Shown here one piece after another: positions 37,016 to 46,766 of a stretch of DNA of 64,000 nucleotides. The notes under the pieces are model-generated. The model was given only the letters and a program-made list of their open reading frames with translations. It was not told the DNA's origin and did no database searches. The DNA lies in the IMG/VR virus record IMGVR_UViG_3300048672_000512, positions 114,049-178,048 of that record; one strand, written 5' to 3'. The position numbers were made by a program, and so were the translations under genes. The DNA is from a virus. How positions within the stretch are numbered: the first letter of the stretch is position 1; every line of letters starts with the position of its first letter.

Positions 37016-37600
37016 ATGAACTACGCAACGATTGAAATGCCGAGACACAAGGACCATCCTCCTGTCTTCGAGCAAGAAGTAGAACCGTCCTATAACCAAG
37101 TAGCTTCTCAGATTGGCAATCCGATTCAGGTAGCGCTGTGGTCGGCAAACCGATTCGAGTTCACAAGCAGCGTTCAGCGCAGCTTCTACTTTTCGTTGCG
37201 TAGTTGTCTGCCTCTGTTCTATCTGCTTGGCTTTCTTCTGAGCCTGTACATTCTAGCCTCGACCACCAAGGAATCGCTGGCGCTTCTGTTTGCTGCAATA
37301 CGCGGTTTCTGGTTAGCCTGCTGGATGAACTTTGACCCCAGCTGGCAGGAGTGGTTTGTTTCTGCCTGCGGTGCTGTCGCTAGGTTCTTCTTTGGTGTCA
37401 TCGGCTCGATTGCAATTGTGCTGTTCATGGTTGCAATGATGGGTCTACTTTGTTGGGGTGTGAGCGTAATGACGGGTCAGGCAATCTTTGTGCTGCTCAC
37501 AACGGCAACAAGCCTTGCATGCACACTTGCAGACAATCTGCTAGCTCTGCTGCGCTGGATGCTACGCAAGAGTTACAAACTGTTACACTTTAGTTCTTGA
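37016..37600 (+). CDS. Multi-pass membrane protein
   Basis: About 4 hydrophobic segments; AAGGA RBS. Confidence 0.65.
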   Translation: MNYATIEMPRHKDHPPVFEQEVEPSYNQVASQIGNPIQVALWSANRFEFTSSVQRSFYFSLRSCLPLFYLLGFLLSLYILASTTKESLALLFAAIRGFWLACWMNFDPSWQEWFVSACGAVARFFFGVIGSIAIVLFMVAMMGLLCWGVSVMTGQAIFVLLTTATSLACTLADNLLALLRWMLRKSYKLLHFSS

Positions 37601-37655
37601 CAACCGGTTTGTAACAGAGGTAAACTGAAGGTGCGGGTAGCGAAAACCTACCGTA
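37572..37655 (+). promoter_or_regulatory. Repeated promoter with 5' hairpin
   Basis: GTTACAAACTGTTACACTTTAGTTC-TTGACA-N18-TAAACT GAAGGTG, then GGTAG/CTACC. Confidence 0.88.
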
Positions 37656-37808
37656 ACCAAAGGAGTTGATCATGAGGGTCTGGACTTCCAAAGAAAGAAA
37701 AGCGAAGTTCTCAAACTGCAGAATGTCAACGCATATAATGCAAGATCTTGCATGGGCTATCGTTCTTGTTTTACTCGCAGCTGGAACGGCTGTCTTCTGG
37801 AGATAAGA

Positions 37809-38027
37809 ATGCAAAAGAAGTTTGCCCGCAACGCTTCTGTCATTGTGCTGCTGACGATTTTTATTGTCACGGGGCAGACAGCAGAGAACAGCAACAGTGA
37901 AGAGGCGCGAGTTACAGAACGCGAAGCACAAATCGGATACCTGATGGAAGTGGCCCGCGAAACCACAGACCCGTCCACGCGCATGCAAATTCAGGCAATG
38001 GTGCGCGATCTTGAAGCCCAACGTTAA
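37809..38027 (+). CDS. Small membrane-anchored protein
   Basis: N-terminal hydrophobic helix from ATG 37809. Confidence 0.5.
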   Translation: MQKKFARNASVIVLLTIFIVTGQTAENSNSEEARVTEREAQIGYLMEVARETTDPSTRMQIQAMVRDLEAQR

Positions 38028-38037
38028 GGAGAATGAA

Positions 38038-38202
38038 ATGAGCAAAAACACGGTTTTGGTAGATTGCACAAAGCGCATCCTTGAACTAGAAGTCAAGGTT
38101 GACAAGCTATATAACTACTACTGCGCAGTAGACGCAAAGGAGTCAGACGTTTGTGATGAAGAGTATGAAGATGCCGAAGGAGAATGTAATGAGCAACCAT
38201 GA
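38038..38202 (+). CDS. Hypothetical protein
   Basis: AAGGAG RBS. Confidence 0.55.
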   Translation: MSKNTVLVDCTKRILELEVKVDKLYNYYCAVDAKESDVCDEEYEDAEGECNEQP

Positions 38203-38656
38203 AACGTCAGTTAAGACCAGCATCAAGCTGGAAGTTGGAAAGACGTATAAAGACGTCAACGGCAATGTCTTTGAAGTCAAGGAAAAGCGCGGTACAGATA
38301 TGTCATTCTTCTGTACCGGACATGTTCGCGATGTTTGGTTCAATGAAGATGGAACCTCGTTTGATGGAATTCCTCCACTGATTGAAGAAGTAGGAGTCTT
38401 CGACCCACGCAAACCTGCAGCAACGTTCGATGGCAGGCTTGCAAAGATCGTTGCGCATCGACCGGAGCTAGCACCGAATGAAACGATAGTTGCGGTGGTG
38501 GACGGGAAGTTTCTGTTTTTCTTTGAAAACGGAAGGTATAACAAGGACAGCGTGTGCAGCACTGATCTTGTCAACATTGATGAAGTTCCTGTGAGCATAC
38601 GCGGGGTTACCTACCTTGTGACACTGGAACCGAAATTGAGTATTCGCAAGATGTAG
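38189..38656 (+). CDS. Hypothetical protein
   Basis: AAGGAG RBS; KLEVGKTYKD..G motif common in phage small proteins. Confidence 0.65.
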   Translation: MSNHETSVKTSIKLEVGKTYKDVNGNVFEVKEKRGTDMSFFCTGHVRDVWFNEDGTSFDGIPPLIEEVGVFDPRKPAATFDGRLAKIVAHRPELAPNETIVAVVDGKFLFFFENGRYNKDSVCSTDLVNIDEVPVSIRGVTYLVTLEPKLSIRKM

Positions 38657-38767
38657 TTTTGCAAAAGGTTCATTGATTTTGGGCGTAGCTGAAAACTGCG
38701 CCCAAAGGCGATGCAACCCGCATCGAGCGGACACGCATGTTCCGCGCTAACCAATGAAAGTCATGCC

Positions 38768-39199
38768 ATGAAGACTCAAGTCAACACCGTCAATCTGCCT
38801 ACTTCCAAGACGCTTCCGCGTTCCTCGTGGGTTGCTTACCAGCTGATTGCTGCTGAGCTGACCTCGGTTGTCAAGCAGTGTCAAGCTTCTGAAGATCAGT
38901 TCAAGACTCGCCATGGTTGCACTAAGGCCGGCGCAATTGCAGACTGCACCCTTGTGCTTACCCTGATCCTGAATGATGCCGTGGAAGTCGAACCTTCAAC
39001 ACACTTCGGTGGGTACGACCACAAACCCGCCTTTGAACTCCTGGAAGCTTGGATTGAAGTCCGTAAGCCTGAAGTTGCTGCAGAGCAAAAGCGCATCAAG
39101 GAAGCAAAGCGCGAAGCGGCTATCCGCAGGCAGCACCATGAAATGTATGGCCTGGGGGCGCGTCTTCACATGCCGAACGGCAGTCCTGCCAAGCTGTGA
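38768..39199 (+). CDS. Hypothetical protein
   Basis: High-expression codon bias. Confidence 0.65.
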   Translation: MKTQVNTVNLPTSKTLPRSSWVAYQLIAAELTSVVKQCQASEDQFKTRHGCTKAGAIADCTLVLTLILNDAVEVEPSTHFGGYDHKPAFELLEAWIEVRKPEVAAEQKRIKEAKREAAIRRQHHEMYGLGARLHMPNGSPAKL

Positions 39200-39552
39200 T
39201 CCAAAAACAAATTGGAAGCGTTAGCTTGTACGTGCTCAGGGATCGAACTTGGCAACTGTACAAACGCTTCCAGATTGAAGTAAGAAAGAACCACGGGTTT
39301 GTTGTGGAAGATCTGATTCCACTTGATGCTCGTGGTTCTCGTCCTCTGTGCGACCTGTTGATTTCCATGTTCGTCAAGTCTGAAAAGCCGATGACGCTGC
39401 AAGAAAAGATTGCGTCTGGAGCTTCAAAGCTGAAGGTAGAGCTGGAGATTGACGGGCGCCCCGTACCGTCAAACATCACGCCAAAGAATTTGCAGAACAT
39501 TCTGCTTGGTGTGTATCGAAGCTTTAACGAAACTGGAGTAACCGAATCCTGA
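39196..39552 (+). CDS. Hypothetical protein
   Basis: GTGA overlap. Confidence 0.55.
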   Translation: MIQKQIGSVSLYVLRDRTWQLYKRFQIEVRKNHGFVVEDLIPLDARGSRPLCDLLISMFVKSEKPMTLQEKIASGASKLKVELEIDGRPVPSNITPKNLQNILLGVYRSFNETGVTES

Positions 39553-39566
39553 CAACGTACACAATC

Positions 39567-39983
39567 GTGTGGCAGGCTCAAGGTGAATACGTCTATCAAG
39601 AATGCGACAGTGGCTCCTGCACTGTTGGTTACATTCGCGGTGACCTGGAAATCGAGTATTTCAAGGACGCGGACTATAACGGCAACGCCCGAGAGGAAGC
39701 GCTCTTGCGCTTTGCTAATCTCGGTTATGAAGGAGACGCAAAAGCGACGCTGACCCTTCTCATTGACGGTCGGGATCACTGGGACACAAACCAAGCTGAT
39801 GCTATTGAGGCAGACCTCTTACCTATACGAGTTGCTGCAAAGAAGGCAAAAGAACAGCGTCTAGCAGAAGAGCGTGAAGCTGCTGCTAACGCTGCTCTTG
39901 CAAAGGCTAAGCGTATTGCTGACCGGATGCGCAGAGAAAAGGAACAGCAGTTTGAGGTGCTGCGCCAAGAGCTTGGAAAGTAA
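39567..39983 (+). CDS. Hypothetical protein, C-terminal coiled coil
   Basis: Packed ORF. Confidence 0.55.
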   Translation: MWQAQGEYVYQECDSGSCTVGYIRGDLEIEYFKDADYNGNAREEALLRFANLGYEGDAKATLTLLIDGRDHWDTNQADAIEADLLPIRVAAKKAKEQRLAEEREAAANAALAKAKRIADRMRREKEQQFEVLRQELGK

Positions 39984-40008
39984 CTCTTTACATACTTGGA
40001 GAACGAAA

Positions 40009-40275
40009 GTGACATCACTGCAGGATAACAGCATCGAAACTGACAAACGCTGGCTAGTGGAGATTCACCTCAAGGACTGGGTTCCGGACTTAAAATCTGG
40101 TGGCAGGACGTTGACCTATGTTGAAGTCCTAGCTAGTAGCAACGTGACTGCTAGGTTTGCTGGATACGACGAATTTGTTAAGTTGACAAAATACGTTCCG
40201 GCTTTCAAGAAAATGCTTGAAAGCAACGGGTTGACGCTGCAAGAAATTTGCGCACCTGACGCAGTTGACCTTTAA
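40009..40275 (+). CDS. Hypothetical protein
   Basis: GTG 40009 with GGAG. Confidence 0.55.
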   Translation: MTSLQDNSIETDKRWLVEIHLKDWVPDLKSGGRTLTYVEVLASSNVTARFAGYDEFVKLTKYVPAFKKMLESNGLTLQEICAPDAVDL

Positions 40276-40292
40276 CGCCTAGAGAAATCCAA

Positions 40293-40574
40293 ATGGAAAC
40301 TAGCAAGGTTGGTCGCCTCTGCGATGGTGATGTTGGTCTTCAATACTTTGATTGCGGCGTAGGCTACTACGATCGTAGTATGTATGTTTACGTCACTGAT
40401 GACTTTGGCAATTCAACTCTTCTTAGCTTTGAAGCAGAAGAAAGTCTTGTGCACTACGTAGGAGTGTTCCGAAACGCTACTAGATTAGTAATACCGTACG
40501 TTGACGGTTGGGGTTCTAGGTACGAAAACTTTCAGCATGCAATTGAAAGTCCAACCTCTTACCTCTGGCATTGA
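40293..40574 (+). CDS. Hypothetical protein
   Basis: Packed ORF. Confidence 0.55.
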   Translation: METSKVGRLCDGDVGLQYFDCGVGYYDRSMYVYVTDDFGNSTLLSFEAEESLVHYVGVFRNATRLVIPYVDGWGSRYENFQHAIESPTSYLWH

Positions 40575-40587
40575 CTTGGGGATAACC

Positions 40588-40809
40588 ATGTTTTCTGACG
40601 ATGTTGATCTTGACACTCGCGACGTCTACCAACCAGACGAGTTTATTGAAGGTACAAACGACTACGGCTACCCTCAGGTGTTCCAATATACAGGGCAGGG
40701 TTACATGCCAGTGTGTGCGCAGTGCAATGCCGCCGTAACGCCGAATCGAGGTGGTGGAATGCTATGTGATACGTGTGAATTTGATGATGAATACAATGAT
40801 GACTACTGA
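40588..40809 (+). CDS. Small acidic Zn-ribbon protein
   Basis: CAQC...CDTC. Confidence 0.55.
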   Translation: MFSDDVDLDTRDVYQPDEFIEGTNDYGYPQVFQYTGQGYMPVCAQCNAAVTPNRGGGMLCDTCEFDDEYNDDY

Positions 40810-40822
40810 CAGGAGCATGTAA

Positions 40823-41014
40823 ATGGCAAACCACATCCTTGTTAGCATTGAGAGCTTTCCGCAAGACTGCAAGGCAAGCGCAGAGTTGATTGCTGACGTG
40901 GTCAGCAAGATGCTTGAATTGCTAGGAGCAGAGTTTACGGTTGAGTTGCTGACCGACTCTGACATGCTAGGTTTGCTTGAACCTGGTTCTGATTGCAATA
41001 CACTTGACCTGTAA
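40823..41014 (+). CDS. Hypothetical protein
   Basis: AGGAG RBS. Confidence 0.6.
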   Translation: MANHILVSIESFPQDCKASAELIADVVSKMLELLGAEFTVELLTDSDMLGLLEPGSDCNTLDL

Positions 41015-41024
41015 GGAGTTCTCC

Positions 41025-41162
41025 ATGATCAACGATACCTTTGTTTTTTTCGGCCTTCTGGCAACAACCCTTTTCTCAGGGTTTGCTATGGGCTATATCT
41101 ATAAGTCAATAGAAGACATAAAGAACGCGGCGCGTAGTAACCAACGCCAATCAGGAGAATGA
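41025..41162 (+). CDS. Small membrane protein
   Basis: AAGGAG RBS; one transmembrane segment. Confidence 0.55.
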   Translation: MINDTFVFFGLLATTLFSGFAMGYIYKSIEDIKNAARSNQRQSGE

Positions 41163-41163
41163 A

Positions 41164-41532
41164 ATGAGCATCGAAACTGCAGTCAAGGCAATTGACGAGT
41201 ATTACCAGTCAGCAAACGAAGTGCCGGTTACCGTTGCCCGTATTCCGGTGGAACTTTGGAGTGCACTGAAGAGTGAGATTGAGAAGCAGCATACGGCAAG
41301 CCGCGCTTCTCTTCTTGACTACTACATGAAGCGCTCCGGTCAGCGTGCACACATGACGCTTGCCAACTGGTTCTGCGCAGCTACAGGTCACAAGGATGCC
41401 GTTCTGCAGAACATTGTCAATGCACGAACCGCTATCGATTACATTCTGAGCAACCACCTGACGTTTGATAGCTTGCAATTGCAGAGCTACAACGTCTCCG
41501 AGTCTCGTAACCCCAACTTCAGCCGCAGCTAA
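41164..41532 (+). CDS. Hypothetical protein
   Basis: AGGAG RBS. Confidence 0.65.
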   Translation: MSIETAVKAIDEYYQSANEVPVTVARIPVELWSALKSEIEKQHTASRASLLDYYMKRSGQRAHMTLANWFCAATGHKDAVLQNIVNARTAIDYILSNHLTFDSLQLQSYNVSESRNPNFSRS

Positions 41533-41547
41533 TTTCAGGAGAAAATC

Positions 41548-41973
41548 ATGCACATCTATCTAGTTCAACGCGGTGCCGTCAAGTCTAAAGTAGCTAAAAA
41601 CAAGATCAGCGATTCCATAGACCTTGACTACATGGGAAGTGCGGAGTTTGAGTTTGGCGCTTTGCCGAAGTCACTTCGCGCAATTGAAGCTATCGGCGTT
41701 GATAAACACGTCAAGACCAGCTTTGTGCACAAGAACGAAGTTTTCTATGCAGTTGGCTGGTGCTCACCTGAAGAACTCACTACCTACACTGAAAAGTTCA
41801 CGCAGGCTCTGGACGGAAAAATCCGCCTGAAGGAAGGCATTCGTAGGAAAAATACTGACTTCTGGTGGGACATACAGAATCACGTCTTTGTGACTACGGA
41901 CGCAATGACAGCAAAGCGCACTCCGTTGTGGATTGCGAACAGCCTCAAGTTCATGAACAGTATCGAGGATTAA
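41548..41973 (+). CDS. Hypothetical phage protein (LDYMGSAEFEFGALP motif)
   Basis: AGGAG RBS; conserved-looking motif. Confidence 0.7.
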   Translation: MHIYLVQRGAVKSKVAKNKISDSIDLDYMGSAEFEFGALPKSLRAIEAIGVDKHVKTSFVHKNEVFYAVGWCSPEELTTYTEKFTQALDGKIRLKEGIRRKNTDFWWDIQNHVFVTTDAMTAKRTPLWIANSLKFMNSIED

Positions 41974-41975
41974 TC

Positions 41976-42416
41976 ATGATCGTCGTTCCCGACTTCAATG
42001 CACCTCGCGCTGTCAGCTTCCTAACTGGCTTCAATCCTAGCAAGCAGTCTTGGAAGGTCAACAGTTCTCGCTTCTGCGAGTATGCAGAAGCAACCGCAAG
42101 AAGTGAAATGCCTTGTTTCAAACTGTTTGAATACATTCACTTTGATGGAGAAGACCCAGACCCAGACCTGGACACGGATCCGTTCCTTGAAGTGCCAGCG
42201 CGACTGGTACAAAGTATTGTCAACGACTACATTGAGTTGGTGAACTCACCAACTCGGTACTTTGCCGTGTTTGTTTTCCCCTCCTTAACAGGTGGAGGCC
42301 TACCTGCAGAGGTAGGCGAGGTATTTCACGCTACGGTGCTTGAACTGGCAGAGTCTGAAGTTGACGACTTTGAAAATCAGGTTCTTGCTCTGAACAGCAA
42401 CAAGTTCGAGAACTGA
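41976..42416 (+). CDS. Hypothetical protein
   Basis: GAGGA RBS before ATG 41976. Confidence 0.6.
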   Translation: MIVVPDFNAPRAVSFLTGFNPSKQSWKVNSSRFCEYAEATARSEMPCFKLFEYIHFDGEDPDPDLDTDPFLEVPARLVQSIVNDYIELVNSPTRYFAVFVFPSLTGGGLPAEVGEVFHATVLELAESEVDDFENQVLALNSNKFEN

Positions 42417-42704
42417 GTGTCCACAGAGTTCAAGTTGCTAGAGTCGCAAAGCGACGAAGTGGTTCTTGTTGAAAGTTCCTGCTTGTTTTCGCTATTGGTT
42501 ACTAGCAACAGTAAACCAGAAGAGGTGGATGCAGATCGGACCATGCTTGATACTGAGCGATTTACACCAGAGCAAATTGCAATGGCTGGGATACGCATGA
42601 TACAGGCAGCAGCGTACAACATGGAAGACGCTGAAGGTTTCTATCGAACCACTCTCAAACCAAAGCTGGCAGCAGCCCTCGGCGTGCGGGTGGAAATCCT
42701 TTGA
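42417..42704 (+). CDS. Hypothetical protein
   Basis: Abuts the previous gene. Confidence 0.5.
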   Translation: MSTEFKLLESQSDEVVLVESSCLFSLLVTSNSKPEEVDADRTMLDTERFTPEQIAMAGIRMIQAAAYNMEDAEGFYRTTLKPKLAAALGVRVEIL

Positions 42705-42809
42705 CACCGGCATCATTGGTGTGCGAGACATTGCTTTGCATGTGCACTCTGCAAACCCAGTGGGTGCTAAAAACATGCAGCAACTTTGGGCTAACTTTCT
42801 AAGGTACAC

Positions 42810-43205
42810 ATGAAGTCACTGTTTCCGATATATCTGAATGCACAGGAGGTGACAACGGAGGTGCTGCGGGACTTCCGTGTTCACAACCCTAGGCTTGCGA
42901 CAATGGTCTGGGGGCGCGTTAGACCACCAAACCTTACTTGGTATGCTCTGAATTGCACTGTCTCAAACGTTCGGTGCATTACCATTCGGGTGTATGACAT
43001 GGATCACGGAATGCGTTATGGCGCCGTAGGAAAGAAAATACACACTGTTACTGTGACAGAGTTCACCGAGGATGAAGAAAAGCTTCTCGATGAAGCCATT
43101 GAAAGTCATGCGTCTGAACTAGCAGCAGAAGAAGTTGCGCGTCTGGAAAGAGCAGACTACCATGCAAAGATTCTTGCCAAGCGCAAGGAAATGTTCAACC
43201 TTTGA
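42810..43205 (+). CDS. Hypothetical protein
   Basis: AAGGT RBS. Confidence 0.6.
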   Translation: MKSLFPIYLNAQEVTTEVLRDFRVHNPRLATMVWGRVRPPNLTWYALNCTVSNVRCITIRVYDMDHGMRYGAVGKKIHTVTVTEFTEDEEKLLDEAIESHASELAAEEVARLERADYHAKILAKRKEMFNL

Positions 43206-43648
43206 ACTTGGAGATCAAAATGCTGTTTGATTTTGCAAAGTACGTTTACCGTGAAGCACGTCCGCACCCGAGTGAATACAACACGGTTTACTACTATCGC
43301 CAAGGTGTGGTTGTAGCTAAGAGTGTGGGTAGCGGTGATATTGAGTACTTTACCCATGCGCACCCAACCACCACCGGCTGCGTAACCGACCGGTCTTTAG
43401 ATCAGTTAGCTTTGCAGCTGGCACGAAAAGAGTGGGAGGCGAAACGCAATGAACTGAAACAGCTCTTTATTCAAGACCTTCTTGAAGATCTGAACATTGC
43501 AGATCACCTTAAGAAGAAACGCTTTCTGGATACAGTAGAAGCTCTTGTAAGCGAGGAACTTGAAGACGGCTCAGAGGCCTACTACAGGGACTTCTACCGG
43601 ATTGCAGAAAAGATGGTTGATTTTGGCTGGATGGGTCTGAATACATGA
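43202..43648 (+). CDS. Hypothetical protein
   Basis: Overlap with the previous gene. Confidence 0.6.
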   Translation: MNLEIKMLFDFAKYVYREARPHPSEYNTVYYYRQGVVVAKSVGSGDIEYFTHAHPTTTGCVTDRSLDQLALQLARKEWEAKRNELKQLFIQDLLEDLNIADHLKKKRFLDTVEALVSEELEDGSEAYYRDFYRIAEKMVDFGWMGLNT

Positions 43649-43667
43649 CGGAAACAGACCACTAAAC

Positions 43668-43715
43668 AAACCCCTGAAAACACGCAGTTTTCAGGGGTTT
43701 TTCGCTTCTGCACCC
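43668..43715 (+). terminator. Hairpin with GGGGTTTTTCGCTTCTGCACCC tail
   Basis: AAACCCCTGAAAAC-ACGCA-GTTTTCAGGGGTTTTT. Confidence 0.8.
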
Positions 43716-43782
43716 AGATACACGTCTCGGGCTACAAACCCCTGTTTCCTGCTGTTTTTTCATTACAGAATCGACCGGAAAC
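43711..43782 (+). repeat. 72-bp non-coding box, copy B
   Basis: 62/72 identical to the reverse complement of 17909-17980; flanked by CTGCACC/GGTGCAG. Confidence 0.9.
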
Positions 43783-44103
43783 ATGGTGCAGTCGAAGACT
43801 GAGAAAGGTTCGGTTTCCGCCGGTTTCTGACGTGACTAGCACGCAGCTGACGTAGGGGAGTGCGTAGACAGGAGCAAAACCCCTAATAACCATATAGCAA
43901 CTGTAACCAGTACACCACCCAACACAGCAGGCATGATGCAGACAGAAGATACGCGCTTAAGAGCCCCAGCAACCAGGTGGGTAAAAATTGTAGTCCCATA
44001 CAATTTTTACCCACCTGTAGTACCCACCCCCCATACGAGTGCAGACTGTGAAGTAGCAGCACAGGAGCACTGCTCCATTAGGCTAAACACACAGAAAGGT
44101 GCT

Positions 44104-45606
44104 ATGGCATCGATAGTAGACAACAAGGCAATGCCGATCATCGACTACGCAATGTCCTCTGCAGAACTACAGTTCGGTAACGAGGATTCTTCCATAGCTT
44201 TGGATCTATCTGGAAAAGAGTACAAGCATGCATACACAACGCTGCTGAAGCTTAGCAGGAAGTACGCTACTGGATTCAGAGGAAAATTCACTGGTGGTGT
44301 AGTGTGTTATGAAAATCGAGCTTCTGCAGACTACCTTGAGATTGATCTATGGCGGTTTATGGAAAACGAAAAACCGCTAGGTAAAGCACGCTTCTACCTG
44401 AACCATTCAGGAGAAAAGTTCTACCTGAACTACGCTGGAAATCCAACGAAGTTTGCACTGTTGCCTAGCATGCCGGAAATGCAAGGACAGAACGTGCGTG
44501 CTATATCCTGCAGAAGCAAGCGCACGTCATCAGTAATCATAAGTGTCTTTCAAGCGCTGCATGCTGGAATTCTGAAGGATATCGGAGTAGCGATATTCTC
44601 TGCGGCTACCATAGAGAGAATAAGCCGTGGAGATCTGCGTATTCAGAAGCTGGATCTAGCATACTGGCTCTTTCCAAAAGTAAACTCTGCGCCGAAAGTG
44701 CGACTGTTCATGGATCATGTAAGAGCAATGTACGGGTCTGTTCGCTATTCGTCAGGAGCTAGACTTTCACTAGCTGAACTGGTTGGTGTTCGCTTCAAGG
44801 ATCTTGGAAGCGAAGGTAAGGGTTTCAGCTTGGTTAGGCTGACAACAAGAAAGAACAACAGGCCAGACGAAAAGTTTCGAGTAACATTCTACGACAAGGA
44901 ATCTGAAGTCAAGGAAACCAAGTCTCAACCAGTAGCAGCTGAAGACGTAGACACATGCGGTGTTAGGTGGGATCTGAGAATAGATGGAAAGCAGTTGCTT
45001 TCCAAGTCAAAGCAGATTCTCTCTGAAATGTCAGGAGAGTTCAAGGTGTGTTCTCTCGACGTGCTGTTTCCATCGGATGTTTCCGTAACGCTAGATGCTT
45101 GCCGAAAGCTGACCGAGCTGATTCTGGAAGACCTAGCCTGGGACTTCATTGCTACTCCTATGAGTGTAGAAACTGTAGACAGTAGAGTAAGCCTTGACGA
45201 AACTGGTGTGCTGAAAAAGTGGAAGGATGAAAGCGCAGATGCAGACTACTGGCTAGATAAGTATAGCAGCGTGAACAGCTGGTGGTATGGGCTGATTGAT
45301 GCAAGAAAAAGTCACATACCAAGACACGTCAGCAGAATAAAGAAACAGCACGGAATAGACATTCGCTATCCATATTGCGCATACATAGCTTTGTGGCTAG
45401 CGTTTACAGACAACATGAAGTCGTTAGCCGACAAACTGACTCTTGAAAGTTTCATGTATCGTCTGCCGGCAATGAATGAAAAGGAATTCATGCAAGAGTT
45501 CAAGCACCTGAAGACAATAGCACGAAATCTGCAAGTGAGTGAAAGAGAGAAGCTGAGCTTTCTAAAAGCTCTATCTTTGGAAAACGCAACCTACGTAGAG
45601 GAGTGA
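44104..45606 (+). CDS. Putative Rep_trans / gpII-like rolling-circle-type nicking protein
   Basis: Start ATG 44104 (GAAAGGT); motif order QKLDLAY, VTFYDKESE, VRWDLRI mirrors RxDLAxD, YxKxxE, WRxE of Rep_trans. Confidence 0.45.
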   Translation: MASIVDNKAMPIIDYAMSSAELQFGNEDSSIALDLSGKEYKHAYTTLLKLSRKYATGFRGKFTGGVVCYENRASADYLEIDLWRFMENEKPLGKARFYLNHSGEKFYLNYAGNPTKFALLPSMPEMQGQNVRAISCRSKRTSSVIISVFQALHAGILKDIGVAIFSAATIERISRGDLRIQKLDLAYWLFPKVNSAPKVRLFMDHVRAMYGSVRYSSGARLSLAELVGVRFKDLGSEGKGFSLVRLTTRKNNRPDEKFRVTFYDKESEVKETKSQPVAAEDVDTCGVRWDLRIDGKQLLSKSKQILSEMSGEFKVCSLDVLFPSDVSVTLDACRKLTELILEDLAWDFIATPMSVETVDSRVSLDETGVLKKWKDESADADYWLDKYSSVNSWWYGLIDARKSHIPRHVSRIKKQHGIDIRYPYCAYIALWLAFTDNMKSLADKLTLESFMYRLPAMNEKEFMQEFKHLKTIARNLQVSEREKLSFLKALSLENATYVEE

Positions 45607-45609
45607 ATC

Positions 45610-45756
45610 ATGAGTGTGGAAATCAACTATTGGATATTTGCATTACGTGTGTTAATTCTTTTGCTACCCGCTATTGTCTTGTGGATTCTGGATCTCGCAG
45701 CAGCCGCGCATAGTGTAGTTTACCGATTCATGGGTTGGCTTGCTGACAACGACTAA
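45610..45756 (+). CDS. 48-aa membrane peptide (not in ORF track)
   Basis: MSVEINYWIFALRVLILLLPAIVLWILD...; 3 nt after the upstream stop. Confidence 0.45.
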   Translation: MSVEINYWIFALRVLILLLPAIVLWILDLAAAAHSVVYRFMGWLADND

Positions 45757-45775
45757 TTTAACATGAAGGTCCACT

Positions 45776-46084
45776 GTGAGTAAGGATAAAACCATGCCAA
45801 ATTCCTGTCATGACTACAGGTTTGTTTACGCAAATGGTAGCGGTAGCAAACAGAAGACTTCAAGGCTGAAGTCTGGTGACATGTTCAAAAGCCCGAACAA
45901 CGAGGTTCGCCTCAAGGTGATAGTGCCGTCCTGTGACGATGAATATGGACTTGTAAAGGTAACCAAGGCACCAAAGGGTTTTGTTCTGACAACAGAGAGC
46001 CGACGTCGGCTTCTATGTGACGGGTGTTCACCTGATAAACAATCCGCAGTGGGTGAAAGCCTGACGCCTTGGCGAATTTCATAA
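45776..46084 (+). CDS. Hypothetical protein
   Basis: Packed ORF. Confidence 0.55.
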   Translation: MSKDKTMPNSCHDYRFVYANGSGSKQKTSRLKSGDMFKSPNNEVRLKVIVPSCDDEYGLVKVTKAPKGFVLTTESRRRLLCDGCSPDKQSAVGESLTPWRIS

Positions 46085-46121
46085 ACAATGTGAATGCCTG
46101 TAGCAAACAAGGAGAACTGAA

Positions 46122-46382
46122 ATGAAGATGCGCGTACTACTGAAAGCAGGTGAAATTCTACTAGGTTCAACGGTAACCAAGCGTACAGGAGAACAGGAGT
46201 TCACGTTACGCGACTCAATAACCATCTACACAGAACCAAAGCAGGTTATAAAGGCATTAGCCTATGCGCGCTTTCTTGTAAGCTCTAAAGGAGACATAAG
46301 CGTGGTAGCTATGGAGACAGAATTGCTGTGGGTAGCTTCTGATCATGAGCTACTAGAATTTCTTGAAGGAAAACCTAAGTAA
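46122..46382 (+). CDS. Hypothetical protein
   Basis: AAGGAG RBS within a 26-nt leader repeat. Confidence 0.7.
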   Translation: MKMRVLLKAGEILLGSTVTKRTGEQEFTLRDSITIYTEPKQVIKALAYARFLVSSKGDISVVAMETELLWVASDHELLEFLEGKPK

Positions 46383-46397
46383 ACAAGGAGAACTGAA

Positions 46398-46751
46398 ATG
46401 AAGATGAAGCTAACCGATGGTGCACGCCGACTGCTTGAGTTTGTTCTTGAAAAAGAAAGCGTGTATGCACTAGCGGACGGGGACACTAGCAACCTATATG
46501 ACTGCCGAGACGCGTGTCAGGTAATAAATGCCTGTAGAGACGCAGTCTACGTTGACTCTGGACGAACGGACATTGACCGTGAGACTAGATTGAATATCCG
46601 AACTGTTCTTGAAAACACTATAAGCTGCAGAAACGTGCATCTTGTTAACGAGCTGCTAAAAGCTGGCGTCTTACTCCTAGAAGCAGCTGACCTAGCGGCT
46701 ATGGATTATCGAGAAGAGAACGGCGTCTCCTATCTGAAAATCACTACCTGA
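46398..46751 (+). CDS. Hypothetical protein
   Basis: Identical 26-nt leader repeat. Confidence 0.7.
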   Translation: MKMKLTDGARRLLEFVLEKESVYALADGDTSNLYDCRDACQVINACRDAVYVDSGRTDIDRETRLNIRTVLENTISCRNVHLVNELLKAGVLLLEAADLAAMDYREENGVSYLKITT

Positions 46752-46766
46752 GCAAGGAGAATTGAA

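Noticed and set aside
43933-44103. 5' extension of the Rep-like ORF
   Set aside because: P/T-rich and overlapping the C-rich non-coding tract; a better RBS precedes ATG 44104.
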